This document shows positions 1 to 15,367 of a stretch of 64,000 nucleotides of DNA, piece after piece. Source of the stretch: Octopus vulgaris (Eukaryota); assembly GCA_951406725.2 (NCBI GenBank), contig OX597828.1, forward strand, positions 72,292,001-72,356,000, in the 5' to 3' direction. A model generated the notes under the pieces. That model saw only the letters and a program-made list of their open reading frames with translations. It was not told the origin of the DNA and ran no database searches. The position numbers and the translations under genes were made by a program. Position 1 is the stretch's first letter, and each line of letters starts with the position of its first letter.

Positions 1-562
1 TGAGAATGAAGACATATGATTTTCTTTGAATTCTTTTAACTCTGTGTCCTTGAATGAAGAAAATGATTTTGTAAGTATTCTGCAGGTGTTGTTAGGAGCA
101 TAAACAAACATGGAATTTTGGGGTGAGATTTTAATTTAGATAACTTTAAAACAAAAAATTTGCATGATAGAATCAAGATTGGCTTTTTGGTATCAATTAG
201 GTTCAAATGAGTTTTTGAAATTGGAAAATGAGAATCTTGGATGGTTATACTTTGATTGTAAGTGGTTCTGTATCTTTTATCCTTTCTCTTTTGAACTGGT
301 TTCACATATTGGGCTGTGGCCATGCTGGGGCATTACTTTGTAGGGTTCAGTTGAATGATTCAGCACCAGCACTTATTTTGTAAGCGTGGTTTTTATTCCA
401 TCAGTCTCTTTTACCAAACTGCTAAGTTACTGAGGCATAAACAAACCCAAACTGCTTGTTTAGTGATGTCGGGAGGTAAGCACAACCACACACACACACA
501 CACACACGTATACACACACACACATACACGTACATACACACACACACATACACACACACACA

Positions 563-594
<32 letters not shown>

Positions 595-654
595 CTCTCT
601 CTCACACACACACACACTCTCTCTCTCTCACACACACACATTCACACACACACA

Positions 655-685
<31 letters not shown>

Positions 686-1334
686 TCTCTCTCACACACA
701 CACATACACATGTACATACAAACACACACACACGTACATACACAAGTATATATACATGTTATGGTGGTCTTCTTTCAGTTTCTGCCCACCAAATCTACTC
801 ACAAGAAGATGCTTGTCCAAGGTGGCACACAGGGGGACTGAACACAGAACCTTGTGGTTTGGAATCTAGCTTCTTATCACCACACAGGATCATTTAAATT
901 TATCTTTTGAAGGATGCAAAACTTGACCAACGAGGATTCATTTTTAAACAATACTGTAGTTGTTTGTTGTATTGTGTTTATTCAGATGTGTTTATTGATA
1001 AAAAAAAACAAAAACAGAAGAAAGACATTTCACAGATTAAGAGATAATTCACGGATTAAAAGATAATTCACAGATTATAAAGAAGAGACAATTCACAGAT
1101 TATTAGATCATTAGTAAACTTTACAAGTGAATTTATTCCACATTTTAACATGGATTACAGTGAAATTCCAGAGTAAATGTCGTACAAATAAAGTCATGGG
1201 TGAGAAACTAGAATTAGAAAGACACCTCACAGAATAGAAATATGTACAAAGGTACCAAAGGAAGATTCGGAGCAATGTTAGCATTCCTTAAAAGAAAAAT
1301 TTTGGAATTTTCCAAGAACTAAATAATAATTTTG

Positions 1335-1348
1335 GTTGTCATGACAAC
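1335..1348. promoter_or_regulatory. Candidate RFX X-box GTTGTCATGACAAC
   Basis: Exact fit to the consensus GTHNYYATRRNAAC, inside an 18-bp perfect palindrome TGGTTGTCATGACAACCA (1333-1350). Function is unproven. Confidence 0.4.
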
Positions 1349-2633
1349 CATAACATGCCACTAATGTTGTGTAATTTTTTTTCCAGTACTAATTAGAAAC
1401 CGTAACTGGGAGAGTGTATATACAAGAAGAATTATAAGGAGAAATTGGTAATCTTGGGACATTGCTCGGAAATTCTTCCTCAATATTTATTATTGACAAA
1501 GAGTTTGGTTTTGTGTTTTTTTTTTATTTTTATTTTTTTCAGATTATTTTTTTTAAAATTCTGACTCTAAGCAATGTATATTAATTAGTCTAAATGATGG
1601 TAACTAATTACAGTTTTACTGAGAATCAAGTGGGTGAGTTCCGCACTGAACTGCAGGCAGAGAAATGACTCATGGTGGGGGGTGGAGGGGAATATTCTCA
1701 GGGACACCTTCTCTATGTAGAACTAATAGTTAAGTCAGTGCCAATATATTTAATACAGTAAACCACAAAAAGTTTAATGAATTTTAAAAATTATATCTGT
1801 AGCAAGAAGGGGGAAAAAAAAATCAAAAGCTTAATTAATTCTGCATAAGAAATGCAAGGGAGACAACTGTGAAATTTAAATTAATTAAAAATCCATTGGT
1901 GGACAGGGAGCTTGATCTTTGACAAGTATTGGAGATAACTCAAGGCATGTTTCTGTCTTATTAGAACTCTTCAGTGAAGCATATGTTTGTATTGGTACTT
2001 GTCAGATCCAAAGATACCCAAGGAATGGCTGAAGTATGGAATTTTAAGTGCATAATTCTTGAACCAAATTGGGGTTCTGTAGTGGGATAATTAACTTTAA
2101 CCTAATTAGTTATTTGTGAAGGTTGAAGTGAATGAAAAATATTTCTTTTGAAGTTTCAACCTGATTCTCAGGAACTGTCATTAGAGACATCATAACTACA
2201 AGAAGAAGACGAAGAAGAAGAAGAAGAAGAACAACAACAGCAACAACAACACTGAAATGACATACACAACAACAACAACAACAATAATAAAATGGTACCA
2301 TGGAATTGGCGTCAGTTTGAGGAATCCAGCAGTTACCTCTTCATTGTCATAAATTCTGATATTACACAAAAATTTTCAGGATCGTTCTTCTGCATTTAAT
2401 TAAGTTTTATAATTAGTTCAAAGTAGATTAATTAGGGGAAATATTAGCATCTTGAAGGCAGATGCTTGAGAGATGGATGGTCAGAAGGATCCTAAGTCTT
2501 CTTAAGAAAATAAATTTGTAACGTGGTATTTGAAGCACATGTTACTAGCAACTGTGAAAATATTTGTATGTGTGTATCTGCATGTATGTATGTATGTGTG
2601 TGTGTGTGTGTTTGTGTGTGTGTGTATATATAT

Positions 2634-2666
<33 letters not shown>

Positions 2667-2939
2667 CATATGTATCATAAAAATAAGAACTAGGCGCAGA
2701 GGGAAGCAAGTGAATTGGACATGAAAAGCAGAAAAAGGACGCAAATGCCTAGAAGTGTGGGTGTGTATGTGTTTGATAGATTTATATAGAATCTTTTCTA
2801 CTCTAGGCACAAGGCCTGAGATTTTTGGGGAGGTGGGGGACAGTTGATTAAATCGACCTCAGTACACAACTGGTACTTAATTTATCGACCCTGTAAAGAT
2901 CAAAAGCAAAGTTGACCTCAGCGGAAGTAACAGATTTAT

Positions 2940-5125
<2,186 letters not shown>

Positions 5126-5377
5126 AATCATCATTTAATGTGTATGTTTCTTTGTTTCAGACACCCACACACACAGACACATTAAGCACAGAACTGTTAA
5201 TGTACCAATAGATATAAAGAATGATCTACCGTTACCACAAATCTCACAGCAGGTGTTACAGAGGAATATCATTTCTGCCAAAATAGCAATTTATTCATAA
5301 AATGCATATTCAATGAATTACATTTATCTTTAACATAATTTCATCTTGTGACAAGTGAAATGGTTGCCACATTCATA

Positions 5378-5800
5378 TCTAGAGACCAGGAAGATTTTTA
5401 GAGATCTAGAATTTCTGGGAGGTTTCTGTAGATTCTGACAGATTCCTAGAGATCCCAATGGATTCCTGAAGATTGGTAGATTCCTAGGTATCCTCATAGA
5501 TTTCTGGGGCCCTAGTAGACTCCTAGATTTTTTGACAGATTTCTAAAAGTTTTGGAAAATTTCTAGTGATCTTGGTAGGTCTCTAGAAATATTGGTAAAT
5601 TTCTAGAGATTTTGGAAGACTACTAGAGATTCAAGTAAATTCCTGGAGATTTAGGTAGATTTCTAGAAATCTTAGTACATTTCTTAAGATCTCAATAAAT
5701 TTCTAGAGATCTTAGTAGATTTCTAGAGATCCCATTAAATTTCTAGAGATCCTGTTAGATTTCTAGATATTCTGGGAAATTCCTAGAGATCAATGTAGAT
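5378..5800. repeat. Degenerate minisatellite, unit about 20 bp (GATTTCTAGAGATCTTAGTA-like)
   Basis: Recurrent TTTCTAGAGAT/TTCCTAGAGAT at about 20-bp spacing. Confidence 0.8.
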
Positions 5801-5998
5801 TGTTGTAAAGCAAATTGAGTCTGATTGTTATGAAGCTTAAGAAATTATGCTTTATGATATAAAAACCAATGAGTTCTATAAGGGGTTTGTTCTCGCAGCC
5901 TTGCATGAAATTTGTTCTTCTAAATTTTGTGAAGTAATGTACCAAAGTTGGTGGTGAGAAACTGCACACAGACTGAATTGAGACCAGTAGGATAACAC

Positions 5999-6389
5999 CA
6001 TAGTTCTCAATCAGGGTTCGTTTAAGCTTTTTGGGGGTCCATGCTAGCAAAATTATAAATTGGGGACCCACAGTAATATTTTAAGGGTCCATGAAAAAAA
6101 AGTTTGCTTTAGATGTATTTGTTGCAAGAAAGAGCAGGATTTCTTTTGATAATGTTTTACATAGTTTAACGTGTTTCTGGCCACTGAAACAGGGGTTCTC
6201 TCAGAGTGTTCAATTGCAAACCTTTATAAATGAAAGTCGGGGTGGGGGGGTGGGGGTGTGTAAGAATGGAGTTTTGAAAGAAGTATCTATAAAACTAGCT
6301 TTTAAACACTGAATGGCTATGGGGACCCACCAGAATAAAATAGTAATCAAAGGGGTCCACAGGTAAAAATAATGGTTGAGAAACCCCGG
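5999..6389. mobile_element. Degenerate hAT-like MITE
   Basis: Ends CATAGTTCTCAATC / GGTTGAGAAACCCCG, repeated subterminal GGG(G)TCCA/GGGGACCCA motifs, and GATAAC in both flanks. Confidence 0.55.
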
Positions 6390-8159
6390 TGATAACTGGT
6401 AAGAAACTTTGAGATAATTTGCCATTTTTATCTCTGTGGTGTGTGCCTGGCTATAGAATAAGTCTATAGAGTTGCTTCCTGGTGTAGGCAGCCGGCGACT
6501 GGCAACGGCAAGGGTAACCAGGTGTAAAATACTGCCTTGGAAAAACCCTTACTATTATGACTAAGTCCACCTTGAGCTTATTAGGCCAGGGCATATTTCT
6601 GTGTCTATGATGTCTGAGTGGCTGAGTACACATGGCTTGTCTCCTCCTTGAATGGGATGCCAGTTGACCCACAGGGATAACTTCCTCAGATGGCGCTGGT
6701 GATCATCTTCGTAGTTGCATGGGTTTAAGTAACATGAACTGAAGTTCTTGCTCAAAGGTCTCTGGTTCAGAATCAAACCCATGAGTTCCTGATCATGAGA
6801 CCAATGCCCTAACCACAATGCTGCTTCTCCAAGAACCTTCACCAGCCCAGAAAAGCAGAGAGAAGACAAAAATAGTTATGGATTCTTTGGTATACTTTGT
6901 TCATTCTTCTCTTAAAAACGTAAACTAACTTCTCTGCAAATGAGACTCCACATGTCCTATTTTAGAATTAAAAATAATTCTTTATTTCTATAAAGAAACA
7001 AGGGATTAATTATTATATATTTTGTGGTATTTTAGATTAATTAATAAAAAAAAGAAGGAATGGTAAACTCTGTGTTTGTCATTTAATAGAATCGAACCTT
7101 CATACCAAAGTTGAACTAATTTATAATTGTATTACCATTTCTAAAGGATTAAAGAAAGTAGGAACAAAGTTATTAATCTATCAAGAATGGAATGAAACAA
7201 TGTTGTTTTTTTCTTTTGAGATTTCAGACAAATCAAACGAGAACAAACTAGAAGATTCTAAAGAGTCAACAGAAAATATTTGTAAATCAAGGCAACAGAG
7301 AGTGGCGACACACTGTGGTGATGGAGGGCAATGACCAAGGGGGAGATAATTTGTGAGAGCCACTTGTTTTGTCACAAAGATTATTGTTGCAAGTGCAAAG
7401 TGAAAGAAATACGACATTAATGACAACAAAAACAACAACAACAACAACAAGAATTACTACTAATGCTTCAGCAACAACAACAGCAACATTAATTATTTTG
7501 ATAATTATCGTTATGTCAGAGAGTCATCAGGTTGTAGCCACAGAGGACTACTTTGGTTATCTCCCTTTATTCACTGGAGATTTGGGTTTATTTTTTTTCT
7601 TTTCAAAACTGTTTAAAAAATTATCCAGTTGGGTTTTGTTTTCTAAGTTTTTGGAGAAAACAGGTCAATGACCTTTGTACATGGCCATCCTGTCAATTTG
7701 GAAGGGTTAAAGGGCATTGTTTTTTTTTGTGGAATGTGAAAATTTGGAGGCTAGTTTTTGGTAGAAAAAGAGATGGTTCTTGGAATGAAAGATTTCTGGT
7801 CAAATTTGATGCTGAGCCAAGCTATAGAGGAATGAAATGTTGGCAGTTTGAAATAAAGATGTTGGAGAAAACCAGGTTTTAAGGAGTAAATTCCAAAATA
7901 GGCAAAGGAGAACATGTGCAGGAAAGAGAATGAGAGAGAGAGAGAGAAGGAAAAAAAGACAGAAGGAAGTCTGCAGGAAAAGGGAGCAAGGATTTTTGTT
8001 CCTTCTTCTTTAATTCTTTCAAAACTTTCTTTTGTGTTCCAAAATTAGAGATCCATTACCAGATTCGTTATTTCCATCTCCGGAGTCTTTTGGCCAACTC
8101 TGCGTTTCAAGTTTGTTGATATTTCAGAAAAGAAATTAATATTTTCCACCATATTTTAG

Positions 8160-8555
8160 AGGCAGAAAGGCCTGAAATTTTTAGGGAAGGGACTATTCAG
8201 TTACATCAATCCCAATGCATAACTGGTATTTATTGTATTGGACCCAAAAGGACAAAAGGCAAAATTGACCGCAGCGGAATTTGAACTTGGAACGTATATA
8301 TGGATGAAATGAGGCTAAGCATTTTGTCCCCTGTTCTAATGGTTCTGCCAGCTCACTGCCCTAATAACAATAATATGGGGAAGGTGAAGAGTTGATTACA
8401 TCAACCCCAGTGTTCAACTGGTACTTAATTTGTTGACCCTGGAAGGATGAGAGGCAAAGTTGATCCCAATGGAATTTGAACTCAGAACGTAAAGATGGAC
8501 AAAATGCAACTAAGCCTTTTGCCCAGCATGCTAACAATTCTGCCAGATTGCCACT

Positions 8556-8556
<1 letters not shown>
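8160..8556 (-). mobile_element. SINE family A, two CpG-decayed copies
   Basis: Same consensus, with many CG>TG/CA changes. Confidence 0.75.
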
Positions 8557-8609
<53 letters not shown>

Positions 8610-8610
<1 letters not shown>

Positions 8611-9156
8611 ACGCCCTGTTGCAGTACCAGGCAGTGGCTCTCATTGCTTCTGACCTTAACAGATTGAAAGTTTTTATCATATACCTTGTTTTGTCTTGGG
8701 CTACAGCAAATATTCTGCTCAATACCAAAGATTTGCTTGTCAGTTGTTTGACCTTAACTAGTTGAGCATGTCCTTTTGGTGCCTGACAATATGTACATCT
8801 TTGATCACGAGCAGAAGTAGTGGGGGAGCATCATAGCCATGTGTTGAGAGGGATTCTTTGGGGTTTGAATAATTCACCTCAGGAAACATGGGTGTTTTGT
8901 TCAACATCCTTAAATAACCCTTATTCACGGACCTTTTGTGCAGGATGGACTACTTGACCTGAAGAAAATTCTAACTGGACCCCACCTGCAGGGTCATCTG
9001 CTGTTTATCTTGATATAAGATCACTATGTCGCACACATATGGTTGTAATGCATGTGCCTAGTGTACTCTTATCAGATGGGTAGTCATGATGGGTAGACTG
9101 GGCTTCGTATATTTTACCCCAGTGTCACTTTGATGGCATGCACTGCTCTCTCACTC

Positions 9157-9157
<1 letters not shown>
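8610..9157 (+). mobile_element. Non-coding interspersed element of about 550 bp in (TAA)n, copy 1
   Basis: Collinear with 41760-42313 over its full length. TAA repeats on both sides, with no tRNA head and no TIRs. Confidence 0.8.
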
Positions 9158-9196
<39 letters not shown>

Positions 9197-9777
9197 GTGA
9201 TAGTAATAATAGTAGTAATAATAATAATAATGTATTTCTAATTTAGGCACAAAGCCAGCAATTTTGGTGAGGGTGGAATTAGTTAATTAATTATATTGTT
9301 ATGGAATCAGAAAGGATGAAAGGCAAAGTTGACCTTGGCAGGATTTGAACTCAAAATACAAAGAAATGGAAATACGGATGCTCTACTGATTCAATTCTGC
9401 ATATTTCTATTCTCCGTGTTTCTTCCCCCACTCACTTTCTCTCTCCTCCTCCTCCTTTTCTGCTTCTTCATCTCATTTTTCCTCTTCTTCCTCTTCTTTC
9501 TCTTCTTCATCATTATCATCCTCATCGTCTCCTCTATTACCCTCGTTATCATCATTAAACAACCTTTATTTCTCCTCCGCATCATCGTTCTTGTTGTCCT
9601 CCTTCTACGCTAAACCACTATGACATTTTTGGGTCATTGATTGACGAGGAAAACTCAGTTGTGAATATTTCGTGCATTGTGTCTTCTTCTGAATTTCCCG
9701 TCTCTAAAGTTTGTGTCTAGTTTCCCGTTTGCTCTGCTTTCATCTAACTTTTCCTCCTTGTGTTCTTTCTGCTCAAT

Positions 9778-9836
<59 letters not shown>

Positions 9837-9883
9837 ATATAGATAAATATATATATATACATATACATATATATATGTATATG

Positions 9884-9921
<38 letters not shown>

Positions 9922-9933
9922 CATACATATATG

Positions 9934-10026
<93 letters not shown>

Positions 10027-10144
10027 GTATGTATATTTGTATGTATGTGAGAGCATGCTTGCATGCACATGTGTGTATGTGTAAGCACATGACAGTATCT
10101 TTGTGTGTGTATGTGTGTGAGTGTAGCAGTATGATCCTCAATAT

Positions 10145-10293
10145 TTAACTTAGGAAAACAGAATTGATGGGCGGAAGCGGTGTCCCTGTGTCAGCGTTGT
10201 ATGTGGGGATCAGATCAGGGTCACTGTTCAACATGCTGGTCATGGTCATACTGAGAAACTCATCGTTGCCCAGGCTCTCCGTGTTCTGTACCA
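10145..10293 (-). CDS. RFX6: RFX6 terminal coding exon: (V)[48 protein letters not shown]
   Basis: Strong ttttttctctttgcag acceptor, phase 1, TAA stop at 10147-10145. LPPINSVF matches the RFX6 C-terminal LPPINTVF. Confidence 0.92.
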
Positions 10294-10484
10294 CTGCAAA
10301 GAGAAAAAAAGGAGAAGAACATGAATAGTCTTTTCTATTCTAGGCACAAGGCCTGAAATTTTAGGGGAGTGGGTGGGGAGTCAAAGTAGCATTATCAACA
10401 GAAAATCCCCCTCAAATTCAATAAACTAAAACCTCTCCAATATAAGGAACAACAGAAACCAAATTAGTAATTACTGTAGCCCCT

Positions 10485-11090
10485 CAAACTGGTACTTAAT
10501 TTATCGACCCCAATAGGATGAAAGGCAAAGTTGACCTTGGCAGGATTTGAACTCAAAATACAAAGAAATGGAAATACGGATGCTCTACTGATTCAATTCT
10601 GCATATTTCTATTCTGCCAGCTTTCCACCTCAAAATAGCACTAGATATTCTTTTCTACTCTAGGGACAAGGCCCAAAAATCCTTTTTTTGGCAGGGCAGT
10701 CAATTAGATCGATCCCAGTGCACAACTGGTACGTAATTTATCGACCCCGAAAGGATGAAAGGCAAAGTTGACCTTGGTAGAATTTGAACTCAGAATTTGA
10801 AATAACACTAAGCATTTCACCCAACATGCTAGCAATTCTACCAGCTTGCCACCTCAAAATAGCACCAAATATTCTTTTCTACTCTAGGGACAAGGCCCCA
10901 AAATTTTGGGGAGTGGTTGGGGAGTCAATTCGATCAATGCCAGTTTGCAACTGGTACTTAATTTATCGACCCCTGAAAAGATAAAAGGTAAAGTCTATTT
11001 CGGTGGGATTTGAACTCAGATTGTAAAGACAGACGAAATACGCTAAGCATTTCGCCTGGCGTGCTAACGAGTCTGCCAGCTTACCATCTT
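10485..11090 (-). mobile_element. SINE family A, tandem array of about 3 copies in the last RFX6 intron
   Basis: Repeated AACTGGTACTTAATTTATCGACCCC..GGATGAAAGGCAAAGT..TTTGAACTC units. Confidence 0.8.
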
Positions 11091-11630
11091 GGAAAGAACA
11101 TGAATATTATTACCAAATGTGACTTATACAAAACAACATGATTTAAGAATCATAAAATAAGGCTTCTGTTAGCAGGTGGAGAAGTTTAAGTATTTATGGG
11201 CTGAACTCACAGGTGATGGTAGGCTGATCTGAATGCTAAAATTGCTGGTGCTGGCACAATAATGTGCCACAGCCAGCATTTGGTCCTTGAAAGAGGATTT
11301 GGTATCGTTATGAGTAGATTTGAATGAAGAGAATCAAGTGCCTTTGGTGCTAAATTCAAAATCCTGATACCTGGTTCACTAGCATTCCTTCTTGCAATTT
11401 TGCACAGGTAAGACACAATCCTTATTCACTTAGTTTTTTAACAACCATGCCCGTAAAAATTTAGTGTTAATTCTTGTGGCTTTGGAGTATTTTTTGACTC
11501 CTATTTTTAGCAAAGCTGGTGCTTCTTATTTTATATGATTCTTATATATATCTGTTGATTTTCGCCAAAATGGTTTTGAGCTGGCTGATACTAACATTGT
11601 TGTCTCCCATGAGTAAGGTAATAATGTTCT

Positions 11631-11670
<40 letters not shown>

Positions 11671-11865
11671 AACATATAAAAACATATTAAAAAAATCTGT
11701 TCCAACTGTGATGTTGTTGGTAAAACAGGTTCTACTAATTCTCTTTGTGGTTTTGGATAAAAAGAAAATTATAAAAATGAGTCCTTCAAATTTAACTAAA
11801 TTCTATATTCTTATGCAGCTGAATATTGCTCTACATTTTAAATTGATGTAATGTTTGCATTGTTC

Positions 11866-11911
<46 letters not shown>

Positions 11912-11928
11912 ATATATATATATGTATG

Positions 11929-12064
<136 letters not shown>

Positions 12065-12100
12065 TATATATTATATATATATATATATTTAATTTTATTT

Positions 12101-12323
12101 GTTAGGGAATGAAAATTCCGGCATAACAGGGGTTCAAATTATTCTCAATGAAGAAATATATATATTCATTTAGAGATAGTAGGTCCCTTCATCTCACCAT
12201 TTAAAAGAATTATTATTTTAAATACCTACTATTTTATAGTATTTTATAGTAGGTATTTAAAATAATAATTCTTTTTTAATGGTGAGATGAAGGGACCTAC
12301 TATCTCTAAATGAATATATATAT
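12101..12323. mobile_element. Fold-back insert next to (TA)n, arms about 75 bp
   Basis: 12157-12231 is the reverse complement of 12247-12322, with a one-sided extension 12101-12156. Only a very degenerate hammerhead-like string (AGATGA-AGGGA cctacta TCTCT-AAA) is present. Confidence 0.5.
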
Positions 12324-12584
12324 ATGTATATATACATATATATACATTTGCGGCCAAAATGTTCAGAACGGCATTGTTTTCGTCAGAAAAGTAGATATAA
12401 TTTTTTATCGAAGTTGTTTTATATTCTATAATTTTCAGAGACAATAAATATAAATACGATATTATTTGTTATTGCCTGAGATTTTGGTGTAATTTGAGAG
12501 GATAATACAAAAGTTTGAATATCGATGAGTTTTGATTCCCTGTCTATCTGACAGTCAATTTGGTTCTTCTTTTCTACTTTCTCC

Positions 12585-13180
12585 CTTTCCATCCATCCAT
12601 CCATCTGTCTGTTCGTCTGTCCATCCATTCGCCCACCTGTCCGTCCATCGATCTGTCTGTTTGTCCATTCGTCTGTGCGCCCACTCGCCCGTCCGTCCGG
12701 CTGTCCATTCGTCCCTCCGAACGTCTACCCGTTCGTCTGTCAGTTCCTCCCTCTCTCTGTCCATCAATCCACCCATCTGTCCGTCCACCCGTCCGTCTGT
12801 CCGTCCATTCCGTCCGTCCGCCCATCCGTCCGTCCGTCCGCCCATCCATCCGTCCGTCTCTCCATCCACCTATCCGCCCATTTCTCCTTCCATCGGTCTG
12901 TCCAACCATTCACCCATCTGTCCGTCCGTCCGTCCGTCCGTCCGTCCGTCCATCCATCCATCAGCCCATCCGCTCATCTGTCCGTTCATCCATCCATCCA
13001 TCCATCCATCCATCCATCCATCCATCCATCAGGCCTTCCGCCTATCTGTCCGTTCATCCGTCCGTCCGTCCGTCCGTCCGTCCGTCCGTCCATCCATCCA
13101 TCCATCCATCCATCCATCTTCCCATCCGCCCATCTGTCCGTCCGTCCGTCCCTCTCTCCATCCATCCGTCCGTCCGTCTG
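12585..13180. repeat. Compound (TCCA)n/(TCCG)n tetranucleotide tract
   Basis: Directly visible. Confidence 0.95.
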
Positions 13181-14112
13181 CTTCGAGCTAATATCGATTT
13201 CTGACATTGATACAAGCTCACACGCATCTACGGCAGGAAGGTTATTATCGATTAACTCGACCTCAGTAATTGACTGATATTACCAATAAAAATCGACTCC
13301 GCCGAGATGAAAGGCGATGCTGACCTCAGCAAGGTTTGAACTCAGAACCTAAAGAGGCATAACCAAACACGCCAATGCATTTTCTCCAACGCTCTACCGA
13401 TTCTACGAATCCACTGTCACGTTTTGACATTAAATGCTCTTAGATCATAAAATACAGAAAAATGGCCAAAAGCAGATACATTTAGACACATAAATATTAG
13501 AGAAAGCCAGAGCGAAGGTACACAGTTAAACACTCACACACACGCGCACGTACAAACATACACGTGTATACAGACACACACGTGTATACACATACATACA
13601 TACATACATACATACATACATACATACATACATACATACATAAGAGCATCTGGTTCGACACCTCCGGCGTCTTTATCCAGATTACAAATTTACATTTGTA
13701 CCAAAAATAACCGGTGTGCTTGGTTTTGGGATTAAATGCCGAATTGACTAATTAGCTTGCATTTCCGGAAAAGGAAATCAAACGAACTCACACATTACAT
13801 ATATAATCAAGAAGTAGAACAGTGAAAATCTGCAAGACTTTTCGCAAAACATTGGTTTTTTTTTGTTATATGCATTTCAACAATAAAGCTTCGAATCGTT
13901 GTTAGAAACCAGCTCCTTCTTCAGAGGAAGAATTTTAAATAACTAAAAACAGAAGAGAACGTACGCACACACACACACACGCACGCACGCGCGTCGTTAA
14001 AGGCAGGAAATTGTTATGATTTTTGGACGATAACTGGTCAAAGAAGAGTATGTCCACTTCTTGTGTGTGATTTTGCCGTGTGTTCCTTTATCGTCCTTCG
14101 ATGGTATTTTTC

Positions 14113-14182
<70 letters not shown>

Positions 14183-14412
14183 ATATGTACAAAGTATGGC
14201 GGTTTCGTTCACAGGTGATCTAAACGATTATGTACGCTAGGTAAGTGCTGTAACGGATTACTGGGGCCCCAAGGTTATAGCCGAGGCGGTCGTTATGGAG
14301 CCGCTGCAGATTTCCGATGCAGCGGATATATAATTGTTAAAGAAGGCAGCAAACGTTAAGGCGAGGCAAACATTTCAAGTCGTATACAATATTATTATTG
14401 GAAGAGATTAAA

Positions 14413-14469
14413 AATCTTACAGCTATTTCTGGGATATCCCCGAGTATGGGATATTCCGTCATCAGAGAC
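14413..14469 (-). ncRNA. Inverted copy of the same hammerhead (GAAAT variant)
   Basis: Reverse complement reads gtct-CTGATGA-cggaatatcccatactcggggatatccca-GAAAT-agct-GTA-agat. Confidence 0.65.
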
Positions 14470-14514
14470 AAATAGGGATATTCCATTCTCATTTTCCCTA
14501 CCCCCCCCTTATTT

Positions 14515-14570
14515 GTCTCTGATGACGGAATATCCCATACTCGGGGATATCTCAGAAACAGCTGTAAGAC
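14515..14570 (+). ncRNA. Minimal type-I hammerhead ribozyme (Penelope-like pLTR type)
   Basis: gtct-CTGATGA-[cggaatatccc atactcg gggatatctca]-GAAAC-agct-GTA-agac. Stem I is gtct/agac, stem II is long (closed by C.A), and the stem III loop is the palindrome AGCT. Confidence 0.75.
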
Positions 14571-14639
14571 TTTGAATTTCTTCCTATTATAATATTGTAT
14601 ACGACTTGAGATGCTTGCCTTGCCTTAATGTTGCTGTCA

Positions 14640-14692
<53 letters not shown>

Positions 14693-14770
14693 ACACACAC
14701 ACACGCACATGTTTGTATGTGTATGTGAGTGTATACGTTTTTCAGGTGTGATAATATAGCGTTGTCATAC

Positions 14771-14998
14771 CTGGGTGTCTTGTATTGTGGCAAGTGACTG
14801 GAGAAGCGCTGGCATAGAGATGTGAGTTATCTTCTTTAGATCTGTACAAAGGTTTATCCAGGATATTGAGTGGGTCGTTAAGTTCTGTGGATGAATAGTG
14901 TGACGTCACAGACCCTCGATGCTGGATAACGGGAACATGCTCAACCAACGGCTTACTTACTGGCTGGTGTTGGTTGTAGTTGGACGAACTGTAGTAAT
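14771..14998 (-). CDS. RFX6: RFX6 exon: (D)YYSSSNYNQHQ...HVPVIQ...ELNDPLNILDK...SPVTCHNTRHP
   Basis: ttcgcag / gtatga, 228 nt, phase 1-1. DPLNILD and SPVxC motifs conserved with vertebrate RFX6. Confidence 0.9.
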
Positions 14999-15262
14999 CT
15001 GCGAATACAATCATTTATTAGATATTAGTCGAAACGGTTAAGTAATTAATGGAAGAGAAGTGTTTCATGGCCCACAGGGACCAGATTGGGGTTACGTAGA
15101 GATGACTTACTTTTATTAAACTTGGGCGGGGTGGGGGTGGCTTCCTGTTAGAATGTTCCTGCAAGTTGGACTTGCAAAAAATTGTTCTTGTATTAGAAAC
15201 AGCAATCTTAAATTTTCGAATACCTTGTTTGGGCAATTTGAGAAATAAAGAAAAAAACCCCG

Positions 15263-15295
<33 letters not shown>

Positions 15296-15296
15296 C

Positions 15297-15367
<71 letters not shown>

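Larger units (their letters stand above)
14347..14636. mobile_element. Fold-back (inverted) Penelope-like pLTR remnant, arms about 130 bp
   Basis: 14347-14477 is the reverse complement of about 14506-14636. Each arm carries a hammerhead. It lies between (TCTA)n and (CA)n tracts. Confidence 0.7.

Noticed and set aside
11213-11407. Plus-strand AG...GTAAGA exon-like segment
   Set aside because: It has stops in all three frames, so it is at most non-coding, and there is no other support.
13880-13930. Minus-strand CTGAAGA..GAAGC hammerhead-like string (a similar weak case lies at 40505-40530)
   Set aside because: The core and stems are too degenerate to call.
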